From positions 45,911-109,910 of the IMG/VR virus record IMGVR_UViG_3300035659_000003: 64,000 bases of DNA. One strand, written 5' to 3'. Below the pieces are notes generated by a model. The model was not told the origin of the DNA, did not search any database, and saw only the letters and a list, made by a program, of their open reading frames with translations. Position numbers and translations under genes: made by a program. The DNA is from a virus. Shown here in pieces: positions 19,001 through 28,009 of this stretch (positions are counted from its first letter, which is position 1; each line of letters starts with the position of its first letter).

Positions 19001-20974
19001 CTTCGCCCTGCGTATCATCGCTGCAAGCGCCGTGTGAAGGCGATCACGAATGGTCTCGAGCAAGCCGTCGCCGAGGTTGGAAAATTCTGGAATGTCGCCA
19101 CGAGTGACTCTCTCCAGAATCTCCCGATAAAGGTCACGTGCTTCCGAGGGGTCGAGCCAGTCCACCGCCCCCACGCGCCCCGCTGCTGCGTGGCCACGCG
19201 CACGCCCGTGCTTCTTCTGATCATGCTTGCCTGGAAGGTGCTTCTCGATCTTCTTGCTCTCCGGAATGGAGCCGGAGCCAGTCGCGCGCCCAACGTGCGG
19301 GGTCTCCGCGCCGCCCTCGGAACCCTCGTAGCCAGTCTCCTGCCCTTCTTCGGAGGTGCCCTCTTCCGGCGTGATAGGCTTGATTGCCTCGCTAGGGGTT
19401 ACGTCCCCCTCAGCCAGCCGAATAACGTCCCCGCCACGGCTCATCACAACGACCTCGTGCTGGCCCATGCCCTCCAACTCAGGCAGGGCATCCGAGAGCA
19501 GGAACACCTGATCGACGGGCAGCTTCCTGGAGACGACCGATCCGTCGCCGTATCCCTCCGCTCCTGCCCAGTCCTCGGCCACCTTCATACTCAGCGTCCA
19601 CGATTCCAGCGGACGAGGGCGATACTCCTTGCCCGCCACCAAGTCCTCGTGCATCTTCCCCGAAACACCCCTGTGCAGCTTCACTGACTTCAGCCCTGTC
19701 TGTTGCAGTGCCTTCGAGGAGGCAAGGCGTAGAGCCTTCAACACCACGGGGTTCAGTGCATGGTCGACCTTGGGGTTCGCGCCCGCGATGCCGTCGATGT
19801 AGCTATCGGCGTCGTCCGACGGAGCGTCAGGCTTTCGGGATGCCAGGTGCTCCTTGGCGGCCCTGCGCCCCAGCAAGCGGTCAACCAGGAGCGTCCCGCC
19901 ATCCTTGTCCCATTCCCAGAACCACACGAGGGCAGCAGCCTCGGCCTGCTCCTGTGAGACGCCCCAGTCCTTCAGAACACGATTGAACGTCCCTCGGATG
20001 CCGTGCACCCCCCAGTCTTTCTCCCGCCCTGCTTCAGGGTCGGCCTCATAGTAATGCCCGCCACGTGGCCCCTCTTCGACGTGCTCTCCGCCTGGCGGCT
20101 CCTCGCCCTCGCCAATGTAGATGCGCCCTTTCCTGGCTTGCGCCACGTAAGAAGGGATGCCTACGCGTACGCCGACGTTCTTGGGGTGGATGTCCTGATC
20201 CAGATCGTCTAGCTCACTCCACTCCTCGCCGTGCGCTTTCTGAATCGGCCCTTCGCTGGTCTCAACGGCCTCAATCGCCAGGATCGCGTCAGTATTGTAA
20301 ACGTAATAACTGCCGAGGCTCGCCCCGTCAAATCCAGCAGCGACAGTATTGCGCGTATAGGACTGTGCATCCCGCACTCCCGCCAAATCAAAGGCACTAT
20401 CATACTGAGTCAGGAATCGCCCTCTGACCTTGGCCTGCAAGATCACCATGTCTGGCCGCATCTTCCCCGTCATGGGTGCGGTGAACCACATGCGAGCCTT
20501 TCTCGCTGACGGCGCGAACGAGATGGCGTAGTCGTTCCGGTACCGAGGGCGGATATGCTGCAGGTGGAACCCCTCCCTCAATATCGCTTCGGCGCTCGCC
20601 CGCGTCGTCCCGTGATAGAGCGTCTTCGTCTCTAGTGGCACGGGCGCGCCCCGTCGTTCAGGCACGGGCCGCTTTGGGCTAGGCTTGTCAGGCCGTGTCC
20701 ACTTGCGCGCTAGGCCTTCAGACGCCGATTCTGTGGCCCTGTGGGGCGAATCCTGGCCAGTCTGTGGCGAAGGGCGACCCTTCCCGCCTACGTCGTAATA
20801 GCGCCCGCCACGAGGCCCCTCCTCGATATTGACGCCCTTCGGGGGTTGCTCGCCAGGCTGCAGGTAAACGCGACCCTTCGCTACCTCGCGAATGACCTCC
20901 AGATTGGGATCGGGAGCGACTACGAAATCTGTGTTCCCCTGTCGGATTCTTACTCCTTCGCGCCGTCTAGCCAT
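16010..20974 (-). CDS. Polyvalent head protein: 3 ADP-ribosyltransferase-like domains, zincin peptidase, C-terminal MuF-like domain
   Basis: LYHGT..ILREGF (His-type ART); LHRG..ESWT..QHEVVV and LVRG..SSFA..EEYEMLV (R-S-E ARTs); HEYAH..SHYG...EMFAE (lethal-factor-like zincin); W..EHCATC...P...CRSNCRC (MuF/SPP1 gp7-like). Confidence 0.8.
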   Translation of the reverse strand: MARRREGVRIRQGNTDFVVAPDPNLEVIREVAKGRVYLQPGEQPPKGVNIEEGPRGGRYYDVGGKGRPSPQTGQDSPHRATESASEGLARKWTRPDKPSPKRPVPERRGAPVPLETKTLYHGTTRASAEAILREGFHLQHIRPRYRNDYAISFAPSARKARMWFTAPMTGKMRPDMVILQAKVRGRFLTQYDSAFDLAGVRDAQSYTRNTVAAGFDGASLGSYYVYNTDAILAIEAVETSEGPIQKAHGEEWSELDDLDQDIHPKNVGVRVGIPSYVAQARKGRIYIGEGEEPPGGEHVEEGPRGGHYYEADPEAGREKDWGVHGIRGTFNRVLKDWGVSQEQAEAAALVWFWEWDKDGGTLLVDRLLGRRAAKEHLASRKPDAPSDDADSYIDGIAGANPKVDHALNPVVLKALRLASSKALQQTGLKSVKLHRGVSGKMHEDLVAGKEYRPRPLESWTLSMKVAEDWAGAEGYGDGSVVSRKLPVDQVFLLSDALPELEGMGQHEVVVMSRGGDVIRLAEGDVTPSEAIKPITPEEGTSEEGQETGYEGSEGGAETPHVGRATGSGSIPESKKIEKHLPGKHDQKKHGRARGHAAAGRVGAVDWLDPSEARDLYREILERVTRGDIPEFSNLGDGLLETIRDRLHTALAAMIRRAKKEGGYENFNAAVRIRDALFSVDGVLSQRAKDRSFSAKLEEQVGILTAGNSIDVRDDDARADLKQEIMERTAKGMERKLGVTPEQESENLDKLSYEAARFLNDYYEKVGSPVRISREGDNYRFRGGNRDELTGVRQTLTMALAEGWADAEDKMAKAAPFWAAARTLAPHFRDVYDPAKGVELSSSEKVAYYLTKTWAISSSDHRAPSVALQRVASEAFGVEDTTVAYVEHGSDEIDRIVSKHGPVLRAWVDSVYEDTQALLKELEMDEVVLVRGMGWDEAAKIPDWVSALPADEPTRTRAKLNPLSSFASEYSVATRFAIHHEEEQMLVAARVPRDKIFSTFRTGPGCAEEYEMLVIGGEIDVVARRAGGQELPAWEERFEQDMRHHNIELAAQEAVWLDEDMHNADWTKQTHDVFALQPASGVEKHLPGKHDQKKHGKHGGAHVRRSALIRHIRDINRHGGEAIPKKIHELFTALKIAEQHDFADVYVQDQPIVAEVLVLMPAPHGVPNAVWHTYSRDDMRRAMEDLAEAGELSPDDVGKAAGMTYVGYDEAEVSVLTLDAQSWGSAMGGELPSGPYDTMRAVIAHEYAHVMDDGTERRFSNSDTWLDAFHAAQETARGLPSHYGRDSSAEMFAECVAYMTISPTKFKRRFSGLYDAIAELLEWNPVEDEADTLNKDFGEELGIAPRKFVTTSDGRHIQIFVGGEVEKGAPTEPMDSRAHTGNAPEVTTGIVTTNQGVAGSQDVQDSRNAPITLAEIAHAEMLMRLAAMGINKARTAVDSDLPSRVYFKLDKRGKRRWPSPLERVNMEIGRTKKAMETATCALWRGEGDVDTWHAQMRAAVDDLYGKSAYASTLRLKETPDARQRARDNLMAELRHQHHYLDGFRDDLAAGKVKTEKQAIWRAKLYADGSAGLYHQTVSENLPQMKAHWKLTLGAEHCATCLEMATQSPWPANRMPRLPRDGSTICRSNCRCFLIYRKARPTFRPVRRKNPKKSPE
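17690..19248 (-). repeat. Dispersed coding repeat tag C: KHLPGKHDQKKHG (40-bp identical DNA core)
   Basis: Copies at 17690-17728 and 19205-19243. tgcttcttctgatcatgcttgcctggaaggtgcttctcga is identical in both. Confidence 0.95.
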
Positions 20975-23900
20975 TAGTTGCGCTTCCTGGCGCGTCCCCT
21001 GCCAGTCGAGTCTCGAATCGTGAATATCCGATCAGCCCGCGCCGCCGCAGTAGACCTAGTAGCTGTTGATCTAGGCAGTTGCTCCAACCGCTGATCCTTC
21101 AGGAAGAACAAGGCACCGGCTGAAATCCTGGCCTGCCCCGCATCGTCTAGCTTCTGCCATTTCCTGGTAACTGCGCCCACCTTCCCAGGTGAGTCCGCTG
21201 CGCTGTAGTCGCGCCATACGGCAGGCATGTCGGGGTTGCGGTCTACTGTGAAGCGGTCATGCGCCGGAACGTCCCCGCCGCCCCGCGTCGGGTCGTGAGA
21301 GTGCGCGGGATTCTCTTCGGTGTCGTGCTTGGCCAGCAACCTGACCTCGCCGCGTGGGGCCTCTTCGAGTCTGCTCTTGTAGTCTGACAATGCCTCTAGC
21401 CACGCATCCAGCAAGGATTCTGCCGTCCAGTGGGGATCGGGAACCCTCTCGCCCTGCTCCTCCCCCGCGATGCGCAGGCGCACCTGGGGAATGGGTAGAC
21501 CGGACTGATGAAGCGCCACCAGGAACAGCCCGAACTCCTTGGCGCTGGTGCCGAACCAGCTAGGCGCGTCCTCTAGCATCTTGTCGTACGCCTCGTTCGG
21601 CTGGGCTCCGCGCTTGACGTAGCGCTCGTAGATGGCAACCTGCTGCTGCACCTCATCCGTCTCCCACGGCGCGGTCTTGTCAGTGGCCTTTTTCAGCCCG
21701 AATCGCCATACCTTATTCACTTCTGCCAGATACTCCATGACAGCGTATGCCACCCGCATCGCGGGATCATGATCGTCATATATCCCGAACATGATGGGAA
21801 GGAACATCTCGGCCTGGTGACCAAACGATATCATCGTATCGATAGCGATTGCCTGCGAGCGGCGATCCGCGTAGCGATATCGCCTCAAGTCCTGGCGCAC
21901 AATCTCGTCGAACTCTTCGGCCCAAAAATCGGCCTTGCTTTCGGCGGCAGGGTCGTCTGTCCCCACCGCCCATTCTCGCAAGCGGCGAGGAGCAGCTTCG
22001 GCAACGCGCTCTGCGACGCCGAACAACCGATCAACATCGACGTCGCTCGCCTGTCCTCTAGCCAAACGAGCATATTGCTCCAGAAAATCGGACATCGCTT
22101 CGAGTTGCTTGGGGTATTTCGTATTCCTGACCGCGTCCGCCAACTCTGGCACAGCGTCCACTAGCCTGTGCTGCGTCGGATCGTGCGAGTGCCCTGGGTT
22201 CTCCTCAGTCTCGTGCTTGCTGACCTTGCCGCCCTTGACGGGGTGCACCCAGATGATGTCGTCCTTGTTGTCCTTCTCCCACTTCGTGAAGCAAGCGTCA
22301 CAGAACCACGCGATAGCCATGCCCTCGGCCCACTTCACTTCCTTCGTCGGCGGCTTATCGCAGTCCATGCACTTATCGCGCCTGGGGCGCGCCTTACTGG
22401 TCACGCCGATATCCTGCGTAACGGCACCGGACGTAGGCGTCGAATCTCCGATCCCGCCCGCCTTAACCTGCAGCGAGTCGGCCTGTTGAACGTCCTCCAG
22501 CATCTGGATGGCCTGCTCCTCGCCAATGGCCTCCGCCACAGCCTCTACCTTTTCCTTAAGCTCCTCGGCGGAATCCGTGTCCCCGTCCGGCAGGGTCGGC
22601 CAGCGGTCATCCGCCAGCAGGCGCAGGTCTGCGTCTCCGAGTTCTCCTAGCCCCTCCATAATACGCGCGACCAGCTTGACCCGCTCCGGCACCTCGCCCT
22701 TGGCCAGCAGCGCCGCGTCGTCCGCCGGAACCTTACGGGTTGCCAGGCCCAGGGACTCGACCTTCTTGCGGAAGGCGTCTAGCGCGTCGGTGATGGCGTC
22801 CGAGAGGTCAATCCGCTCCTTGCGCGTTAGGTGCCCCAGCGCCCGCAGGCGATCCATTGCGTCCGTGTAGGACTGATGTATCTTGCTCTCCGCGATGTCA
22901 ATCAGCGTCGTCTCGGCCTTGTCGACCTTCCCGCCACAGGTTAGGCAAGACGTCCGGCGGGCGTCGGCGGACTTGGAGAGCACCACCAGTTTCGCATCTT
23001 GGTTTACGCCCAATTCGCAAATGGTTATTTCGTAAAATACTATGCGTGAGATCAGCCAGAAGCACTTCCCGTCCTGGCACGTGTAGTGACGGCTCTCCAG
23101 CGGGGCATCGCCGGAGATGGAGAACGAGGCCAGCTTGCCATCCTCGATGTCCTTGATTACCTGGTCGACGATCGGCGGGCGGTTCGGGTCGGTGCGTATC
23201 TTGATCACGCAGAACAGCCCGATGTCGTCCACCGTGGTCTTGAAGACCTGCCCAGTCTTGGGGTGCGTCCACTGTGGCAGCACCTCGCCCACCTGGACGT
23301 TGCTGTGGAGCAGCATCGCGTTCCGGTATTTCGGCTCGGCCAGGAAGCGCACCAGGTCTTCCCGCATCGCCTCCTTGGTGATCAGGTGGTGCTCCTTGTC
23401 GATCACCTGTGGCGAAGCGTACCCGCCGACGACGTACTCCTTCTCCTCGTCGTCCTCGGCCTTGTAGAGCGTGTGCACCGCGCCATAGGCCATCCGCGTG
23501 CCCTGTGGGACGGCCTTGGTCAGCACCTCGGGGGTGTAAGGTTCACCGTCCGGCGAAAGGGCCGCTTGTAGTGAACACGTGCCGCCCTTGCAGGCCGCGT
23601 TGTATTCCTGGTACTCCGTCCCCTCGCCCGTCTCCGGTGCTACGATTGAGGTGTCCTGCGCCGATGCGGAGTGAGTGTCACCCTGCTTAGCGGTATAATC
23701 TGTGTGCAGTTTGTCGCCGCTGTGTGGACTTTCTGCACGCGTAATGTACCGCGCAGCCTCGAAGCCCTTCTGAAACGCCTCGCCGTGCCATCTCTGCTCG
23801 TGCTTCTCGATCTTGTCGGACGGGTCGGTGATTAGGACGCCGATTACCTTCACGACATGCCCGTAGGCACGCATGTGGGCGGGCGCGGTGGAGCCAGGGC

Positions 23901-26777
23901 GCGTCCTTGCGAACTTCTCCACCTTGAATCCGGCGGGCTCGAGGGCGGCCTTGACCTTATCAGCCCGTCCAGTCTCCAACTCAAACCCCTGCGCATGAGC
24001 TACCAGGCGACCGCCAACCTTGGCGGATCGGAGCAGGTTCTCTATCTCGCTCTTACGCGTCCAGACGTTCAGGTAGGCGGGCTTACCGCCGCCCTCCTGC
24101 GTCGGGTCGTGAGAGTGCTCTGGGTTCTCCTCGGTGTCGTGCTTCTCAACCTTCCGGCGGCACCGCGCGCAACCAGGAGCGATCGGCCCTACATCCGCGC
24201 CAGTCATAGCGTCGGCAGGTGGGCCAGCGAAGTCCTTTCTCAAGCCCTCCGCGTGCTGCACTTCCCGCCTGAGAATCTCAAGGAATGCAGCCGCCCCGTC
24301 GCCTCCATAGACGGTCTCACTGATCCGCCGCCCCTTGTGGTCGGAGATGAACCAGGACAGCCCGCGTGCCGTCTTGCGCGCCAGCAGCGGATAGGCTGTG
24401 CCGTTGATGGTCACCACTTCTTGAACGTGCGGAAGGATACGACGCAGTTGAGCCATATCTTCAGGAGACCAGTCCGACATCCCGAGACCCTTCTTGTTGC
24501 GGATCGCCCATGCCCAGCCCTCTGGCCGCTTGGCAACGTGAACCTCCTCCCGCCCCTCCTCTTTCAGGCGCTCCCGCCAGCGCTTGACGCGGTCGCGGGC
24601 CGCCTGCTTGCGTGCCTCCCGCCCCTTTGGGGTGGGCTCCGTCTTATCCACATCCAGCAAGCCCTTATGCTGCAGTTGACGCTGCGCCATAGTCAGAGCA
24701 TCAGCGAGCAGGTTATGCCGCGCCTTGTGCTTTTCAGTCGTGGAGCTGGCCTGCCACATATCGCTCCAGTTAATGAACGCCTGATTGGTATGAGCCACCT
24801 CTTCGATTAGATCGTCTGGGATATCGGGGAAGGCTTGGCGGAGATATGCCGCGATGACCTCGACCCTGATGGCCCCATCGCGCTGATCAGGATTGAGAGT
24901 CTCTTTCCACTCCTTGATCTTCGCGTGAAGGGTATCTCGAGTATGCATCCCCCCCACAACGGTAAGTGCGGCCCATTCGATGTTTTCCACCTCGTCGAAG
25001 TATGTCCCGACGACAGCCCGCGCCTTCGCGTCCAATGCGCTCCACCCAAACACATCCGTGAAGAGGCGCTCCGCCAGATCGGGCTGCAGCCATTCGGTGA
25101 GTGCTTCCTCGATCAGGGCGTTCGTGCCCCCGTATCCCCACCGGCCAATCGGGTTGACCGCATGACAAGTCTCATGTGCAATGGCCGGAACCACGAACGT
25201 AGCACTCCAGTCTGTCGCGCCGCCCAGCACCGCCTCTAGGTGCCTGACTGCGCTGGGGCCGAGGATGAGCTTCCCGCTGTCATAGGCCGCATAGGGGAGC
25301 GCTGTCGTAATCAGCTTGCCGCCGACCTTCGTACCTTCTACGCCCCACAGAACGGCCCAGCGACCCTCGTCGTACCCCTCCACGCTGTGAACGTTGCAGC
25401 TCCAGCCGATGGCCTTAGCAGTCCTCAAGCACGACTTAACAGCTTCCGTTGCCTTCTCGCTGAGGTTCTCGACGTGGACGAGGTCTCCGCGTGCTTCAGC
25501 ACGACGATGCTCCTCGCCACGTTCTCGCCAGACACGGTCGAGGTCTTCGGTTAGATAGTAACGCCCCCCGCGAGGGCCATCCTTGACATCAATGCCCTCT
25601 GGAGGCTCCTCGCCAGGCTTGAGGTAGACACGAGCTTTCTCGATCTTCTCGTCCGTCGCGCGCGCCTTGTGCCCAAGCATCTTGATATAGGCACGGGCCT
25701 CTTGCAGCGCGATCTCGCTCTTGATATAGGCGGCGAGTTTCAGAGCCTTAGTGAAGAGCTTCTTGGCGTCCGCTGCGCTGGCCAGCACCGCCACCTCGCG
25801 GATTCGCTCGACGATCAGCGCATCACGCAACAGGGAATCTGCCTTCTGGACGCGCGCCGTCCCCGCCTTGCCGCGCCCCTCGATCACAGGCAGCGCCTCC
25901 TCGTGGCTGAACCAGGATTCAGGTAGATCGGCTTCGCGCTCGGAAGGCTTACTGAAGCGGGGCTTAGGTAGCTCCGCGCCTGGAGCAATAACGTTTGAGC
26001 GGTCGTGCTGCTTCTCCAATGGGGCTCCGAGGAACAGCTCCACCTCGTTGTGGTAGTCCTCTATATAGCGGTCGAGCCGCTCCTTGAACTCCTGCAGAAC
26101 TCTGTGCGGTATGTGCATTAGAAGCTCACCGTTCCTACATATGAGTGCTGGGCCAGTTCGCTCTTCCACCCAACACGCTCGTGAAAACCGTCGATCACGT
26201 AAACGTCGGCCTGACGCGTGTCCGTGTTCAATATAATCCCGTAGGTTTTAGCCTTCAAGCGGATACCACGTTCTCGGCCTATTGCCATGAGCACCTGTTG
26301 CTTGCGCTCAATCGTGGCCTTCCCCTTCACACGGTTCCAGGCCGCCTTCTCCTCCGGTGCTGCGGCCTTCAACCACGCAGCCTCTGTAGGGCCTGGCTGC
26401 CCAATCGTCGCGCGCCAGTGCTGCGCCGATTCGCCGTTGGATACCAGCCCCGCCTTTACCTCCACAACGTGATGATCTGCCATAACGTCTACGGGGAAGT
26501 TCTGTGCTTCCTCTACGCTCAAGCGCCGTGCGTCGCCAAAGCCCTGATCGAGCAAAAGCTGAAGTGCGATCTTCTCGCCAATCTCGCCGGTCTCAAGCTT
26601 GCTGGGCTTATGTGCCAGTGCGACGGGCTTGCCGCCGAAGACTCGCTCCTGTGGTTCTGGTTCGCCCGCGCTCGGGTCATGTACGCTCTCGTAGTAAAGT
26701 CCGCCGCGCGGCCCCTCTTGAACGTGAACACCCTGTGGCGGCTTCTCGCCTGGTTTGAGGTAAACCTTGAATTGCTT
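20048..26777 (-). repeat. Dispersed coding repeat tag A: KxRVYLxPGExPPxGxxVxEGPRGGxYY
   Basis: Copies at 20048-20131, 20795-20878, 25555-25638 and 26691-26777, in 3 genes. Confidence 0.95.
20974..26118 (-). CDS. Polyprotein with embedded HK97/XkdF-type prohead protease, zincin peptidase and Zn-finger cargoes
   Basis: Start at the TAATG overlap (26118). Protease ~22972-23460: VVGGYAS..IDKE..LLHSNVQVGEV..IEDGKLASFSISG..EITIC..GVNQDA. HETCH..EEALTE zincin; CMDC...WFCDAC. Confidence 0.8.
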   Translation of the reverse strand: MHIPHRVLQEFKERLDRYIEDYHNEVELFLGAPLEKQHDRSNVIAPGAELPKPRFSKPSEREADLPESWFSHEEALPVIEGRGKAGTARVQKADSLLRDALIVERIREVAVLASAADAKKLFTKALKLAAYIKSEIALQEARAYIKMLGHKARATDEKIEKARVYLKPGEEPPEGIDVKDGPRGGRYYLTEDLDRVWRERGEEHRRAEARGDLVHVENLSEKATEAVKSCLRTAKAIGWSCNVHSVEGYDEGRWAVLWGVEGTKVGGKLITTALPYAAYDSGKLILGPSAVRHLEAVLGGATDWSATFVVPAIAHETCHAVNPIGRWGYGGTNALIEEALTEWLQPDLAERLFTDVFGWSALDAKARAVVGTYFDEVENIEWAALTVVGGMHTRDTLHAKIKEWKETLNPDQRDGAIRVEVIAAYLRQAFPDIPDDLIEEVAHTNQAFINWSDMWQASSTTEKHKARHNLLADALTMAQRQLQHKGLLDVDKTEPTPKGREARKQAARDRVKRWRERLKEEGREEVHVAKRPEGWAWAIRNKKGLGMSDWSPEDMAQLRRILPHVQEVVTINGTAYPLLARKTARGLSWFISDHKGRRISETVYGGDGAAAFLEILRREVQHAEGLRKDFAGPPADAMTGADVGPIAPGCARCRRKVEKHDTEENPEHSHDPTQEGGGKPAYLNVWTRKSEIENLLRSAKVGGRLVAHAQGFELETGRADKVKAALEPAGFKVEKFARTRPGSTAPAHMRAYGHVVKVIGVLITDPSDKIEKHEQRWHGEAFQKGFEAARYITRAESPHSGDKLHTDYTAKQGDTHSASAQDTSIVAPETGEGTEYQEYNAACKGGTCSLQAALSPDGEPYTPEVLTKAVPQGTRMAYGAVHTLYKAEDDEEKEYVVGGYASPQVIDKEHHLITKEAMREDLVRFLAEPKYRNAMLLHSNVQVGEVLPQWTHPKTGQVFKTTVDDIGLFCVIKIRTDPNRPPIVDQVIKDIEDGKLASFSISGDAPLESRHYTCQDGKCFWLISRIVFYEITICELGVNQDAKLVVLSKSADARRTSCLTCGGKVDKAETTLIDIAESKIHQSYTDAMDRLRALGHLTRKERIDLSDAITDALDAFRKKVESLGLATRKVPADDAALLAKGEVPERVKLVARIMEGLGELGDADLRLLADDRWPTLPDGDTDSAEELKEKVEAVAEAIGEEQAIQMLEDVQQADSLQVKAGGIGDSTPTSGAVTQDIGVTSKARPRRDKCMDCDKPPTKEVKWAEGMAIAWFCDACFTKWEKDNKDDIIWVHPVKGGKVSKHETEENPGHSHDPTQHRLVDAVPELADAVRNTKYPKQLEAMSDFLEQYARLARGQASDVDVDRLFGVAERVAEAAPRRLREWAVGTDDPAAESKADFWAEEFDEIVRQDLRRYRYADRRSQAIAIDTMISFGHQAEMFLPIMFGIYDDHDPAMRVAYAVMEYLAEVNKVWRFGLKKATDKTAPWETDEVQQQVAIYERYVKRGAQPNEAYDKMLEDAPSWFGTSAKEFGLFLVALHQSGLPIPQVRLRIAGEEQGERVPDPHWTAESLLDAWLEALSDYKSRLEEAPRGEVRLLAKHDTEENPAHSHDPTRGGGDVPAHDRFTVDRNPDMPAVWRDYSAADSPGKVGAVTRKWQKLDDAGQARISAGALFFLKDQRLEQLPRSTATRSTAAARADRIFTIRDSTGRGRARKRN

Positions 26778-27299
26778 GGCTACCGTTCCGCTGCCCCGTC
26801 GAACAATGATGCCCCATCGCGCGTCCTCCGTAACGTTGAAGCCCGCATCACGCAGGGCCTGCGTTGCCCGCGACAAAAGCCGCGCGTAGCGCTCGCCGTC
26901 GTAAACGGTCTGATGGAGCTGAAGCTTGTATTCGCCCTCCGCCCACTTCGTTACATACAGACCATCGCGCCGAGTTGCCTTACCAGGTTTCTGCCTAACT
27001 CGATACTTCTCCTGTGGATCGCGCTCGTATTTTGTTGACACAGGCAGCCCTGCCGCCTCCAACGCACTGTGCAGATTTCCACCTGTAGGCTTCGGCGCGG
27101 CCCTAGTGGGGTGGGGGGCCTGCGTCGGGTCGTGGGAGTGTTCGGGGTTCTCCTCGGTGTCGTGCTTCTTGACGCGACGCTTCCCCAAAGGACGATCTAC
27201 GCCGCGCAGGGCGTAGGTGCTGCGGTCGGAATCTGTGCCGTAGTGCGCGAGCTTCTCCGCGCGCTTGGCAATCTCGCTTAGCGACAGTCGGCGGGCCAT
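26118..27299 (-). CDS. Tagged two-cargo protein with C-terminal PD-(D/E)XK nuclease
   Basis: Tag B plus an unknown domain, then tag A plus GEIGEKIA...FPVDV...VVEVKAG (restriction-endonuclease fold). Confidence 0.7.
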   Translation of the reverse strand: MARRLSLSEIAKRAEKLAHYGTDSDRSTYALRGVDRPLGKRRVKKHDTEENPEHSHDPTQAPHPTRAAPKPTGGNLHSALEAAGLPVSTKYERDPQEKYRVRQKPGKATRRDGLYVTKWAEGEYKLQLHQTVYDGERYARLLSRATQALRDAGFNVTEDARWGIIVRRGSGTVAKQFKVYLKPGEKPPQGVHVQEGPRGGLYYESVHDPSAGEPEPQERVFGGKPVALAHKPSKLETGEIGEKIALQLLLDQGFGDARRLSVEEAQNFPVDVMADHHVVEVKAGLVSNGESAQHWRATIGQPGPTEAAWLKAAAPEEKAAWNRVKGKATIERKQQVLMAIGRERGIRLKAKTYGIILNTDTRQADVYVIDGFHERVGWKSELAQHSYVGTVSF

Positions 27300-27310
27300 G
27301 AGTCGGCCCC

Positions 27311-28009
27311 CTAGCAGCAGTGCTTACGTTCGAGACGCTTCTCGATGTGCTCTAGGTCTACGATGACGCCGCGCTTAAGTTGCTTCTCTAGTTTCTGAGC
27401 CACAGCGCGCAACCTTGTGCCGACCTCGTTAATGACGATCCGCTTTTCCTCGTAGGCCACAACGGGCTCCGCGTCGGGCCGTGCCGCTGCCTTCCGGATC
27501 GGGGCGAGGTCGATATCCTCACTCCCGCATCCAGGACAGGAACGTCGGCCTGCCGGAATCTTGCGCCCGCACTCCTGGCACCAGAACTGCTTGTCGATCT
27601 TTGCTTTGTCCATCTTGTTCTCCCGTGCGAGATGATTGTGGGCCGCCCGCAACCAGTCCAGCCCGCCTCGCCTGTCTTCCCTCATAAAGTTCGTCGCCGC
27701 TGCGTGCAGAAGTTGGCGGACTTCCTCCGACACCTTGCCACGCAAGTCATCCCGCCGCTGCAGAATCACGCCTGCCATTCGCTTCGGGCCTATAAGAGCC
27801 ATGTGATCTTCTATCTCAGGCAGGGACAGCCCCTTCATGGGGTTCCGCGCCGCACGCGGCTTCGAGAAGGACTCAGAGGGTGACCGCAGCCCGTGCACGG
27901 CCTCGCCCGCGTGGGTGTGGTGCTTCCGCGCCTCCTCGTGGCAGTAGTCGTGACCGCCGTGACGGTGGTGACCAGGGGGACAAGGCTTATCGACGAGGCG
28001 ATCAGGCAT
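27311..28009 (-). CDS. Small head-region polyprotein with His/Cys motif and Zn ribbon
   Basis: Start MPDRLVDK (overlaps the upstream stop). Contains CPPGHHRHGGHDYCH and CQECG...CPGCG, and several hydrophobic-x-K|A/Q sites. Confidence 0.65.
   Translation of the reverse strand: MPDRLVDKPCPPGHHRHGGHDYCHEEARKHHTHAGEAVHGLRSPSESFSKPRAARNPMKGLSLPEIEDHMALIGPKRMAGVILQRRDDLRGKVSEEVRQLLHAAATNFMREDRRGGLDWLRAAHNHLARENKMDKAKIDKQFWCQECGRKIPAGRRSCPGCGSEDIDLAPIRKAAARPDAEPVVAYEEKRIVINEVGTRLRAVAQKLEKQLKRGVIVDLEHIEKRLERKHCC

Noticed and set aside
17694-19248. Diversity-generating retroelement template/variable repeat pair
   Set aside because: The copies are identical with no adenine-specific mismatches, and no reverse transcriptase is present in the window.
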